The notes beneath the pieces are model-generated. The model saw nothing but the letters and a program-made list of their open reading frames with translations. It searched no databases and was not told the DNA's origin. A program made the translations under genes and the position numbers. A DNA stretch of 64,000 nucleotides from Eledone cirrhosa (Eukaryota): positions 233,616,001 through 233,680,000 of the forward strand of contig OZ024740.1 in assembly GCA_964016885.1 (NCBI GenBank), in the 5' to 3' direction. This document shows, one piece after another, positions 44,317 to 56,534 of this stretch. Numbering within the stretch: position 1 is the first letter of the stretch; each line of letters starts with the position of its first letter.

Positions 44317-44537
44317 GAAGGCGTGTGGCTGAGTGGTTAGAGAATTGGATTTGCAATCGTAAGGTTGTGAGTTCGATTCCTGGACCAAGCGATGCGTTAT
44401 GTCCTTGAGCAAGACACTTTATTTCACGTTGCTCCTTCTACCTGGAGTTGCGACCGATAGATAGTATTAACAATTGGAAAGACCAACGGAAACATTGTTG
44501 CCTCGGTCCGATTTGACGAAAGTCGATCGTCCTTTTA
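44317..44537 (+). mobile_element. tRNA-derived SINE family 2 with TSD TTTATTCTACGAA
   Basis: Near-identical to 29648-29864; direct repeat at about 44307-44319 and 44534-44546. Confidence 0.9.
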
Positions 44538-45450
44538 TTCTACGAAATATAAATCTAACAGCACCAATTCTATCAAACGTTACTCTAGAACCGGTTGCTC
44601 TCCGACAGGTTTGCGGTCGTGCCCTTAACAGTGGAGACTTCTGGTGTCCTTGTGGCCTAGGGCTACCTCCCTACTCACCACCCTAGGCGCTGAGCTGGCC
44701 AGCCGTAGGTGTGAGCCTCGCGAGATGGAATGCCTCTTCTAGCGCATTTCCCTTACCATCCTCTGGGGAAACGCCTTCTCCAATCTGTCCGCCGAGTCTA
44801 TGGGGCGGCCAGCACGTGATGGGACCCCGTTTGCTCACTATACAGAGAGATGGGGAGGGCGAGATAGATGGGGGGGGGGGGTGACGGGGGGAGTTCGGGT
44901 CCTCCGTGTTCGGACACATTGCACCTGTCACGAGTGTATTTTCCTACTTATGACCCAACAATCAGATCGCTAAACTGTTTTAACGTTAACACCAGGTCTG
45001 CCAGCATAAATTCTACTAACAGCAATTCTACCAACAAAATCTAACATTCTACTACGCAACTCTAGCAACAGACTTATCAACATTACTACTACCCCAAACA
45101 AAATAGCCACGTGACAAAACCAAAAGCAATAACGGAGCCTTTACAGCGATCACTTGATGCGGTATAAATAGCAACTAAATCTCCCTCCCTTATTACACAT
45201 TGTTTAGTGTAGTTTAGATATATTGGATTTTAAACAAAACTAGAAATTATGGTCACGGCTAGAATGCCTTTGATCATAGGTATGCACCGCTAAGTTTGAC
45301 CTGGAGCTAAACAAGTAACAATAAAACAACAGCACCGTTCTTATATGAATCGATGTAGGAGAGGCTATATATTCAACCTATTAGAATTAGTTGTGAAATT
45401 TGCTCGAATCACAGTCTACATTTTAAAATTAGCCGTAGAAATACAAAAAT

Positions 45451-45630
45451 AGACCTGCCAAACTCTAAAAACACAAATGGGGGGTACTATGAAAAAAGGT
45501 GCCCCAAAACGGGGAGTAATGAAGCAAAATGGTGATATTTTACATAATGAAAGATATACCAATTCTCCCATCCACACCAAAATGGGTGGGAGATCTCCAT
45601 GTCGGACGGGCCGGGAGAGTTGACAAGTCG
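45451..45630. mobile_element. Old MITE, probably hAT-like; second copy at 50543-50714
   Basis: Terminal inverted motifs AGACCTGCCAA / TTGACAAGTC (TTGACATGTCT in copy 2); shared internal CCCATCC..TGGGTGGGAGAT; no clear TSD. Confidence 0.6.
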
Positions 45631-46358
45631 GCAAAAGACGAGATGGTCATGGCTATGATAACTCAGTCAGTGCTGCCAGGGGCTAAACAACAACGACCAT
45701 TAACAAAGGCAATGAGAAAACAATCTAATAACAACAAAGACAACAGAGACATCATCACCAATAACAAGTACAAACAAAATAACATTATATCAACAACAAC
45801 CTCAAACCACAATAATAAACAATAATATCAAAGCCAACGACACAATTCTGTAACAACTAATAACACTAACATAAACAACAACAATATTAACAACAACAAC
45901 AAAAAAAAACAACGAGAGGAACAAAACGGGAAATGCCTGATTACAAACAGCCGTCGGTGAAATTTATTGCTGTCGACTAACTGTCTTTGTTGGTAACATG
46001 ACAAATCTGCTAGTACCACTACTACTATCACCGCCACTATTGCTACTACTAATACTGTTGCTGCTTGTGTTGCTGTTTCCGCAGTGTTGAAATAATACCT
46101 AGAACCAAATACATGGGGAATTTATAAGTATGGATGACATTAAGAGACAGACACTATATATATATTCAAGATGGTGCCCCAGCTTGGCCCTACTCAAATG
46201 ACGGAAATTAGTAAAAAAAAAAAAAAAAATAGAACATATATATTATTCTGTGTGAGTGTGTGTGAGAGACTATTGGTGTATTCGCCCAAACTACAGAAAT
46301 ATATGTATTACACACATATATACACACACACCCACACATATATATATATACATATGTG

Positions 46359-46391
<33 letters not shown>

Positions 46392-46395
46392 GTAT

Positions 46396-46428
<33 letters not shown>

Positions 46429-46429
<1 letters not shown>

Positions 46430-46775
46430 CGATATTAACAAATGGAAACTATATTTATAAAACCATATTTATTTCATTATACATATTTCAAGGACACCAA
46501 GTTAAATTATGGTGTACTTTCATCAGATAAAATATAATATAGAGCAGTTTTATAAATACATATTGACATACCCTTAAAGAATGCAAGCATTACTGTTGGA
46601 AGCTCCCGGATAGTAATGGTTGCATTCTTTAAGGTATGTCAATATTTATTTTATAAAACTGCTCTATGTTATATTTTATCTGATGAAAGCACACCATAAT
46701 TTAACTTGGTGTCCTTGGAATATGTATAATGAAATAAATATGGTTTTATAAATATAGTTTCCATTTGTTAATATC

Positions 46776-46778
<3 letters not shown>
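46429..46778 (-). mobile_element. Family B fold-back, second full copy, opposite orientation to 20407
   Basis: The - hammerhead at 46470-46534 has GAAA and the + hammerhead at 46672-46736 has GGAA; the loop is nearly the reverse complement of the loop at about 20575. Confidence 0.8.
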
Positions 46779-46807
<29 letters not shown>

Positions 46808-46924
46808 TATATATATATATATATATAAATATATATAAATATGTATAAACATACACACACACACACACACGACATCTTTTCCAATTCCATCCCGCCCGTC
46901 CCCTCAATCTATTTTATTTCTCAT

Positions 46925-46965
46925 TCTTTCTTCTGATGAAGGACTAGCGCCCGAAACGTTAAGAC
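46925..46965 (+). ncRNA. Minimal (Penelope-type) hammerhead candidate within a short insert (about 46870-47052)
   Basis: TCTT-CTGATGA-AGG-ACTAGCG-CCC-GAAACGTT-AAGA, with palindromic AACGTT in place of stem III; stems are short. Confidence 0.45.
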
Positions 46966-47067
46966 ACTCTTCCTGCCATATCAAGTGTTAACCTAATATA
47001 TGCCTTCCATATACTGTACCGATTGTGTTGTTATTTCTGTTTACATTTTACATATATATATATATAT

Positions 47068-47268
47068 AGGAACGAGTAGGACCCCGACGGCTGAGCTCAA
47101 GCCGTTTCGACGGCTAATTCTGGACTAATTTAGTCCAGAATTAGCCGTCGAAACGGCTTGAGCTCAGCCGTCGGGGTCCTACACGTTCCTATTACCCACT
47201 CTACTATCCTAAGTATTGAGTACTTTGGTGCGTTATGGTCCACCTGGTTCCTTACCACATTTCCTTCG

Positions 47269-47271
<3 letters not shown>
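47068..47271 (+). mobile_element. Family D hairpin mini-element (near-perfect 125-bp palindrome plus tail)
   Basis: About 47067-47192 is self-complementary around GGACTAATTTAGTCC; (TA)n on both sides. Confidence 0.85.
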
Positions 47272-47322
<51 letters not shown>

Positions 47323-47324
<2 letters not shown>

Positions 47325-48075
47325 TAAGGTATCCTATCTCTTCTTCAAAGTTATAGACAAAACACTTTCCTCCTTCACACAAATTGCAGAAAATACTAAA
47401 TAGAGACACGATCCGACTATTCTATTCCACCACGGCTTACCTGGACAACGTCGTATGAAATTGAATAACAAACGCCACCGCAGGTAGGGCAATACCAACA
47501 GCCAACGGAAACCCGGACTTAATCTGAACCCTCAACAATATCCAGAGCCTCCAACACTAAGCAGACCGACACCCACAAATACCAACTTCTCTTCCACTCT
47601 GTCTGCGTACATATCTGGAGCAACAACCCCATACCCGGAATAACAGCCACGCCATTGGAACCAAGAAGGAAACCACACACTATATACTGATAAACTGCAA
47701 CTGCAGAAATCCCAGCAATTGTCTTCTATCGGGTAAATGCTTGTACAAAAATATCATATATCAATGTGAGGTAAAATCTAAACTGCGGATATATAAATAT
47801 GTGTGTTCCACCCACACATTTACAAGCCCCAGTTTAGCTAGATCTACGGCCCTGGCAAAAACATATTTGGGATCTGAAACGCCCTAATATTGAATACACA
47901 GTACAATGGTCCGTGCTAAAATTCGCCCGTCCATACCGGAATGAAAGATGAACTATGTTTGGCGGAGGTACTTGGAAGGGTGACTAAAAAGGACCTTCTA
48001 AATTCCCGGTACGATAGGATATCTGATTACAAACGCAAAGTTCTAAAAACTTTCGCTAAATACAAACTGGACTAG
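47323..48075 (+). pseudogene. Penelope-like element (Neptune-like) linker plus GIY-YIG endonuclease remnant; 5'-truncated at (TA)n, putative 3' UTR to about 48780
   Basis: Translates LFFKVIDK/FPPSHKLQKILNRDTIRLFYST, NCNCRNPSNCLLSGKCLYKNIIYQCEV, WDLK..IEYTVQWSVLK and LLNSR with stops and frameshifts; homologous to 60970-62268. Confidence 0.85.
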
Positions 48076-48163
48076 AACAAGATTCGATCCCTAATACCTA
48101 GGTATTATTATATCCTATTTTGATGTTTTGATGTTTACCATATATAGAGGTAGAGAAGGTATA

Positions 48164-48340
48164 TGGCAGTATCGGTAGAGGGTCGGACGCCATGTTTTGC
48201 AGCATAGTTACGTCTCTTTACGATCTGAGTTCAAATCCCGCCGAGGTTGACTTTGCCTTTCATCCTTACGGGGTCGATAAAATAAAGTACCAGTAATGCA
48301 CTGGGTAATTGCTGGCCTTGTGCCTAAAGTAGAAACAATT
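48164..48340 (+). mobile_element. SINE family 1 inserted in the Penelope-like 3' UTR; TSD ATTATTATATCCTATTT
   Basis: Family match; direct repeat at about 48104-48120 and 48338-48354, with about 40 extra bases 5' of the SINE. Confidence 0.85.
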
Positions 48341-48776
48341 ATTATATCCTATTTGTTTCATTTCCTGTGGCATTTGAACTTTTCACACCAAATGGATTCA
48401 GTAATATTCAAAATAACCCCATTTTCTTGACAATGGTCAAAGAATAATTGTTACACATCACACCACACGGATTGACAGTGTGAAACTCAGTACCCCCACT
48501 CCCTTTCCTCTCTACTATCACACTAATTGACTGTGTTTCATGCTATTTTTAACTGATTTACATTTTCTTAAACGAAAATCTCATTACTGAATTCTACCTC
48601 GTAGAGAATAGTAGACTTCCACTACTATAGGCTTTCTGATGAAGTGTAATAAATAGTTAAGTATTGCATATGATTGAACAATATATATTGTAGTCAGCAT
48701 ATGTTACAATTTATAATAAACAAATAAATTCCTAATTTCTTCACGCCGACTTTTATTTTTCTTGGTGCAATACTTG

Positions 48777-48861
<85 letters not shown>

Positions 48862-48862
<1 letters not shown>

Positions 48863-49021
48863 GGAACGAGTAGGACTAATTTTTAGTCCAGAATTAGCCG
48901 TCGAAACGGCTTGAGCACAGCCGTCGGGGTCCTACTCGTTCCTATTACCCACTCTACTACTCTAAGTATTGAGTACTTTGGTACGTTATGGTCCATCTGG
49001 TTCCTTACCACATTTCCTTCG

Positions 49022-49022
<1 letters not shown>
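48862..49022 (+). mobile_element. Family D hairpin mini-element with a deleted left arm
   Basis: AGGAACGAGTAGGAC is joined to TAATTTTTAGTCCAG at GGAC microhomology; same tail; (TA)n flanks. Confidence 0.8.
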
Positions 49023-49060
<38 letters not shown>

Positions 49061-49152
49061 CCTGGTCTAATTGATTTTTTGTATGGTTAATTTTGCTAAT
49101 TGGGAGAGGAAATGGTATATATTTTATCTAATAATTCTAAGGACATGATTTA

Positions 49153-49256
<104 letters not shown>

Positions 49257-49490
49257 GAAGAGAGAAATTAATTTATTTGTTTACTAGGGTAGATCGTTAA
49301 GAAATAGTGTGGGCAAATGTGTTCTTGTGTGTGTGTATGTATTAAGCTTGAACTCAAAATGCAAAGAGCCAGAACAAATACTCTATGATATCTTGTCCGG
49401 CGCTCTAGCAATTCAACAAATCTTTTTGCTCTCTCTGGACTGGATTGGAACTTTATTTTATTTCAATTTCTCTTCCTCTTTCTCGATCTG

Positions 49491-49548
<58 letters not shown>

Positions 49549-49678
49549 CATGTCTGTCTGTCTCTCGTTCTATTACTCTATCTATTTATCTATCTATCTA
49601 TCTATCAATCTCTATATATTTCTTTCACACGATCTCATTCTCTCTCTCTATCTATCTATCTCTAACTCTCTCTCTCGC

Positions 49679-49742
<64 letters not shown>

Positions 49743-51038
49743 ACATACACTCTATGTCAGTCTATTTCACTCTCTCTTTCTCTCTATCTATCTATCTATA
49801 CATTTATCTCTCTATCCTCCAATCTCTCACTCCATCTCTCAATGGAAGAAACGACTGTGGTCAAACTTAGAGACTGGCTGTTCCGACAGGTATAATTGCC
49901 ATGATACCCCCTTTGTCACGACGGCACCTCTACAATTAAGTTTGGACTCGATATAACTATATAGATGTCCGGATTTATGGTCAGGGTGTTAATGCTATTC
50001 AGATAGGTATAGCATGCTGTTTTAACCTTTTGGCGGACAGCGATGTGTTTTTAACACCCATTAGTAACAACAGACCTCAAGTGATACTTAGCATGCGATT
50101 TCTTCACACACCTTAACCAAGGCAATAAGGTGTCTACAATTCATATACCATTATCTGTATTTGTTTGATTTACTGTAGATATAATCAATTCTAACTAATT
50201 ACATCTGGCTCTAAACATGTGCTATACAAAGTAGCATCCGTCGTTGTAAGGATGAGATTAAATGGTGACTGATGATTTTGACTTAAAGCCATTTATTTTT
50301 TCAAATATATTGTTAGCATCTACCATTTTTTTTCTCACTGGCTGTTAAACAGTACAAAGCTTCTTTGTGGTTTAAAATTATTTTTCTTTCACTTGACATT
50401 TACCGAGATTGCTGGATTGCTATATCTTGGCTAAAACATATTCAAGGTATACAGGGATTTGCCACCGAGAGTTCCGATGTCTTCTGTCTCCAGAGAGACG
50501 ATTTTCTCCTACAATTCGGGCGGAGTCTATCTTGGTTGATGACAGACCTGCCAACCTGTAAAAACTCAAACGGGGAGTACCATGAAAATAAGAAATTAGA
50601 TAAAATGAGGAGATTTTACACGATGAAAGCTATACCCATTTTCAAAAGAGAAGACATCTCTAACCCATCCCAAAGTGGGTGGGAGATTTCCCTGTCGGGG
50701 AAGTTGACATGTCTACCTTGCGATGTGGAATGGCTGATACAGTTGGTATTGCTGACTGTTCTCCACGGTAATACTTTCGCCATCTTGTCGATGGAGCAGA
50801 TCTGAGATGTACCACATAGGCTAGGGGTATAGTTTCCTCCTTTCTCTCTCATCATTTTATTATTTAATTTTTCTTTTCCCCTTTTTGTTTATTGTTTTTT
50901 TTTATACTTTCATTATTGTTTTGTTCTGTTAAAATTGTTATTCGACTTGAAAAAATTCAATCAAATCAACTAAATAACTAATGAAGTTACTCACAATAAT
51001 TATTACTACTGATGCTGATGCTGTTCCTCCACCTCCTC

Positions 51039-51070
<32 letters not shown>

Positions 51071-51095
51071 GATGCTGCTGCTGCTGCTGCTGCTG

Positions 51096-51131
<36 letters not shown>

Positions 51132-51231
51132 GCGCTGCTGCTGCTGCTGCTGCTGCTCTGCTACTATTACTACTAGTACTGCCACTACCACTACTGCTAC
51201 TACTGCTGCTACTACATACACACACATATTC

Positions 51232-51285
<54 letters not shown>

Positions 51286-52379
51286 GTGTATATAGTATAT
51301 ACATGTATATTGAATTTATAAGTTTTGAGAAGGCTTGATTTCCTTCTAACTTAAAGGAAACGAGGTTTTATGCTTCTCAGCTAAATTAACCCACTTTAGT
51401 TAAGATTGTGGCAGCGAATTGGCAGCACCACTACAACGTTGGCTAGACTGTTTTGCAGCATTTCTTCCGAAACCACGCTCTGAGTTCAAATTCAGTCGAG
51501 GTCACTTTTGCCTTTCATCCTTTCGAGGTCGATAAAAAAAGTACCAGCCAAATACTGAGGTCGATTCTTCCTCTATATCACATTTACACTTCCTTTCTGT
51601 TACTCTCTCTCTTTCTGTTGAAAAAAATCGTATGTGTTCACACCTAGAGAGATGAGCTCTGCCAGGTTTTTAAAATGTCCACGAAAGGCCGTATGTCACT
51701 ACAACTCCACCAAGAGTTACGCATTAAAAAGGAAGAAGAGAGATAAGATTGTACAATCCAGATTGTTGGACAAGCTGCTGTTTTTGAAGTAATTAGTTTC
51801 TTAGTTGCAAAATCAAATAAGCGAGAGGCTTGAGATCAATTTATTTTGTGAACTAAATGCATCTTTTCAGGATTCTCTGAGAGAAAAGTTGTTTAGACCA
51901 TGTAATAAAAGTTATTATTTGTTAAACAGGAAGCCTTTATATAAATGATATTTTGATGAAAATCTTATATGAAAGTGGGGAGGTAAAAAATAGAGTTCAT
52001 TGATGCACACACCCGCAAACGCACGCGCGCTCTCACACTCACACACACAAACAAACACACACGTGTGTGTATGTTTGCGTTTGTGTGTGTGTGTATGTAT
52101 GTGTGTAGCAGTATCAGAGGCGACTGAAATAAACAAAGCGGTGCCATAGTTTGCTTTTTTTATTTTCCTTTTGCAAATTCGTTCACACGGTAACAGTCAT
52201 GACTAGAACTTTACTTAGTCAGAAAGGCGTGTAAAAGAGAAAATCCTAATGCTGGGAATTACCACATAACATTGAATAAATGGCTTTCTGGTAGGTTTTC
52301 ATCGGTATTTAAATATATGTTTTAAAACAGTATATAAGTATATAATTTAAGATAAAGTATATAAGAATACAATAACGAA

Positions 52380-52569
52380 TAATTGTTTCTACTTTTGGCA
52401 CAAGGCCAGCAATTACCCCCAGTGCATTCCTGTTGCTTTATTTTATCGACCCCGTAAGGATGAAAGACAAAGTTAACCGCGACAGGATTTGTACTCAGAA
52501 CGTAAAGGGCCGTAGCTCCATACTGCAAAGCATGGCGTCTGACCTTCTACTAATACTGCCAATCCACCG
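52380..52569 (-). mobile_element. SINE family 1; further copies at 51408-51565 (+), 54247-54431 (-), 58220-58381 (-), 58589-58684 (+), 59498-59645 (+) and 60210-60400 (+)
   Basis: Family body and 3' end motifs; the 58589 copy is 5'-truncated with TSD AATTTATGTTCA. Confidence 0.85.
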
Positions 52570-52632
52570 TAAATGTATTTTGTTATTTATTTTTCCTTTT
52601 GCAGTTATACTCAACGATTGTTTTTATATATA

Positions 52633-52720
52633 CTAGCAGAAAAACCACCGTTTGGGTGGTTTTCTGTTAGCATGTGTAGTGTGCATATTGATATTATACG
52701 CAAATATATATGCATGTAGA
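52633..52720 (-). mobile_element. Possible miniature Helitron
   Basis: Minus strand starts a|TC, has a subterminal hairpin ACCACC-CAAAC-GGTGGT and ends CTAG|t. Confidence 0.4.
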
Positions 52721-53153
52721 TATGATACATCAAATAAAATCGTAATTGACAGGATCCACTGAAATTGAAGAGAGACTCTGTTACACTCTCTTCTGTAATC
52801 AGTAAGGTAATCCATGATACATTTAAAAAGACGATATTATATATAAACTGCATTAGGAGAAAATTCGTTAACCACTTTCACACCGCACCACCACAATCCT
52901 TTAGAAAATGTTATCGGAGTTCACTGCTGTAGCTCATGTTGTTGTATATCGCCAAATCAATCCTGATACTTTAGACATTTGATCAAAGACATTTCAGCGT
53001 TAACCATTTGATCCTCTAATCAAACATATTATATCAACTGTGTCATTGGCAAATGTATTGGAGTGTCTATGATGGTCAGGAGTAAAACCCATTGCCCCAG
53101 GCCAAACACTATATTCTTCTAATCAAAAACATCAAATGATTAATACTCTATAT

Positions 53154-53503
53154 CAGGGGTGTGCAACATATTTCATTGGGGTGGATGGGGGGGGGGGCAC
53201 TTTTGAACATTGGAACAACTATCAGGGCCATTAATATTTATTAAGCACTATTCCAAAGATTCATTATTTAAAAGATCCAATATTTGAACAGCAACCGATA
53301 CCAGAATGAAGATATGGCTGTGAGACTTGTTGCAGAAATAACCTTCATAACATGAAACTGGGAAATTATAACACAGAACCCCATCAGTGAAACCCTAACA
53401 GAGAATTGTATTACGGTTACGAAAATAATTCTAAATAAGCCTACAAGGTAAAAATTAAAAATTGTCATCGTGGGCCCCTCTCACAAGTCTGGCAGGCCCC
53501 ATG
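53154..53503. mobile_element. hAT-superfamily MITE
   Basis: 8-bp TSD CTCTATAT at 53146-53153 and 53504-53511; degenerate TIRs CAGGGGTGTGC / GCAGGCCCCATG. Confidence 0.7.
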
Positions 53504-55099
53504 CTCTATATTAAGGTGTTTAAAAATTCGAGAGAGTATATATTGATTCTCACGTTAAAATGTTTGTCATCAGTTTTGCCATCGCTGCTAATGTTGTGAT
53601 GGTGGTTTATTACAGCAAGTCAAAACTGAATCAGCAAGCTTGTGGGCTAAGTTATTTGATCTTGTATATACTATTTTGTTTTTCTTTCAGGTAGTATATC
53701 CATCTTTAAGACAGTGTGTTATATTTTGAGGGGGATTTGATTGCTATTCCTAGCAGATTAGGTAAAACGCAGAATATCGCTCACTCAGAGGAGGAAAAGC
53801 AGTGCCTATAAATCTTTTCAGGCCTTCCGAGTCTAGTGAGAGTATTGTGTGAGGTATCTTCAGAGTAGTGGCCTAGTGAGAGCTTTTGCAAAATTGCGGG
53901 TACTCCAAAAGGAACCTATAGATCAAGTGTATAAGATTGAATTCAACATTTATTTCTAAGATACACATATATAAGCAAGGGTTAAGCTATATTGTTATAG
54001 ATTTTATAGCGATAAGATTAATGTTACCGGGTTGAAAAGCAATTAAATATACGAATAATTATTCATACTAAATGATAAAAGTATTATATTTAATGTGTTT
54101 CTGTATGAAGGCATAGGCGTAAATGTACACTGATACTTTTAATAATACATTATTGTAAGGTAACTTGAAAGAGTTTCGACATATTCTATTAGTTTCTTTG
54201 CGATAAAAATCGGTCTTCATGTATATTGTTTGGTAATGGAGATAGATAATTGTTTCTACTTTTGGCACAAGGCAAACAATTACCCAATTGCATTACTGGT
54301 ACATTATTTTATCGACCCCGTAAGGATGAAAGGCAAAGTTAACCTCGGCGGGATTTGAACTCAGAATGTAAAGGGCCTTAACTCTATGCTGCAAAGCATG
54401 CTGTCTGGCGCTCTACTGATACTGCTAATCACCCGGATGTAGGTAGATAATGCGTTAACATTTATGTCGGACATGGCATAACGGGACATACTTAGACAAT
54501 GGATTAAATCGCAAATATATTCAATATTTTATTGATATATTAAATTTATTTATACATTTTTCAGTCAGGTTTCAGTGATTTTTGCTAATGTTTTCGTTTT
54601 ATACTGAAACAAGTATTTAATATTATATTCCTGATTTCACTCCCCAAGGAGCATGAGTTTCTTATTTCTCTGTTTACGGGACAAATCAGTATTTCTCTCG
54701 GGATTGTGTATTTGTTATTTATGTCATTGTAGAACAAAATGAAATGATTGTTATTTAGAATTATTATATGGTCGACAAAGTGACTCAATTGGAATTTTTT
54801 AATTTACCCATTTTCTTTCTGAGTTTAAATTTTGTTGGGAGTGGCCGTTGCAATTCGTTCTCGAGGGATCGATAATATATATATATATACCAGTTATGTT
54901 GTAGCGATTTAAGTAACTAAAACCTCTGGCTTCTCTGTTCAAGCTGGTCAGTAACAGGGTTGTTACAGCAGCGTACAACAATGCGTTGCGTAATTTAATT
55001 ACCTGGATACATTCAGTTACCAGTTCATAATCAACGAAATACCGATGTCGATTAAGGTGACTACACACAACCCGAGGCGTGTACGTATATAAGAAGTAA

Positions 55100-56040
55100 T
55101 CCCACCGAGGTTAACATAGCCTTTCATCCTTACGGGGTCGATAAAATAAAGTACCAGTCACCCACTGGGGTATTTAATCGACTTTCCTTTCGCCGCAAAT
55201 TAGTGGACTTTTGTCTATATTAGAAATCATTATTATTGGATTGGCAGTATCGGTAGAGGGTCGGACGCCATGCTTTCCAGCATAGTTACGTCCCTTTACG
55301 ATCTGAGTTCAAATCCCGCCGAGGTTGACTTAGCCTTTCATCCTTACGAGGTCGATAAAATAAAGTACCAGTAATGCACTGGGTAATTGCTGGCCTTGTG
55401 CCTAAAGTAGAAACAATTATTGGATTGGCAGTATCAGTAGAGGGTCGGACGCCATGCTTTCCAGCATAGTTACGTCCCTTTACGGTCTGAGTTCAAATCC
55501 CGTCGAGGTTATCTTTACCTTTCATCCATACGAGGTCGATAAAATAAAGTACCAGTAATGCACTGGGTAATTGCTGGCCTTGTGCCTAAAGTAGAAACAA
55601 TTATTATTATTAGGGCGGTGGATTGGCAGTATTGGTAGAGCATCGGACACCATGCTTTGCAGCATAGAGTTACGGACCTTTACGTTCTGATTTCAAATCC
55701 CGTCGATGTTAGTTTTGCCTTTCATCCTTACGAGGTCGAAAAATGGAGTACCAGTAATACACTGGGGTCGATTTAATCGACTTTCGCCTCCCCCAAAATT
55801 GCTTTCCTTGTGCTTAATGTAGAAACCATTGGATTGGTTGTATCGGTAGAGCGTCGAACATAATATCATTGAGGCATATAGTTACGACTCTTTACGTTCT
55901 CAGTTCAAATCCTGCTAAGGTTAGTTTTACCTTTTATCCTTATGGAGTCGATAAAATAAAGTACCAGTAATGCACTGAGGTCGATTTAATTGACCCCTTC
56001 CCCAAAATTGTTGGCCTTGTGCCTAAATCAGAAACCATTA
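55100..56040 (+). mobile_element. Five head-to-tail SINE family 1 copies
   Basis: Units at about 55100, 55236, 55421, 55614 and 55830, each starting in the (ATT)n tail of the previous one; both long and short forms are present. Confidence 0.9.
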
Positions 56041-56439
56041 TTTTATTTTATTTTATCTTCCAAATGTTGTTACAACTCGTGTTAGGGAGTTCTGGATATG
56101 GTAACTGGCGTTTGAAAGGTGATAAGAGAAGGGTTATGTTACACCGACGGACATACCCAATTGCAAATGGCAAGCTGCGAGTAACCGACAACGCAATGAA
56201 ATAACACTCATAAATAACAGCTAACAAGACGGAATCCAGTTTCTTAAAGTAGTTTTTCTTGTTTCTTTTCATTCTTTTAGTTTTTTGTTTTTTTTGTAGT
56301 TGGTGTTATTGTGCGTTTGCTTTGTTTGTTTGTGGTTTTTTTTGTGTTTTGGAGGGGTGGAGGTCCTTAATTCGTCGTTGTCCTTTTCTTGTTTCTAATA
56401 TTGTTGTTGTAGTTATACCAGCTTTGTAGTCATTGCAAT

Positions 56440-56534
<95 letters not shown>

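Noticed and set aside
48630-48690. Hammerhead at the end of the Penelope-like remnant
   Set aside because: CTGATGA is present but no intact GAAA or stems; at best a relic.
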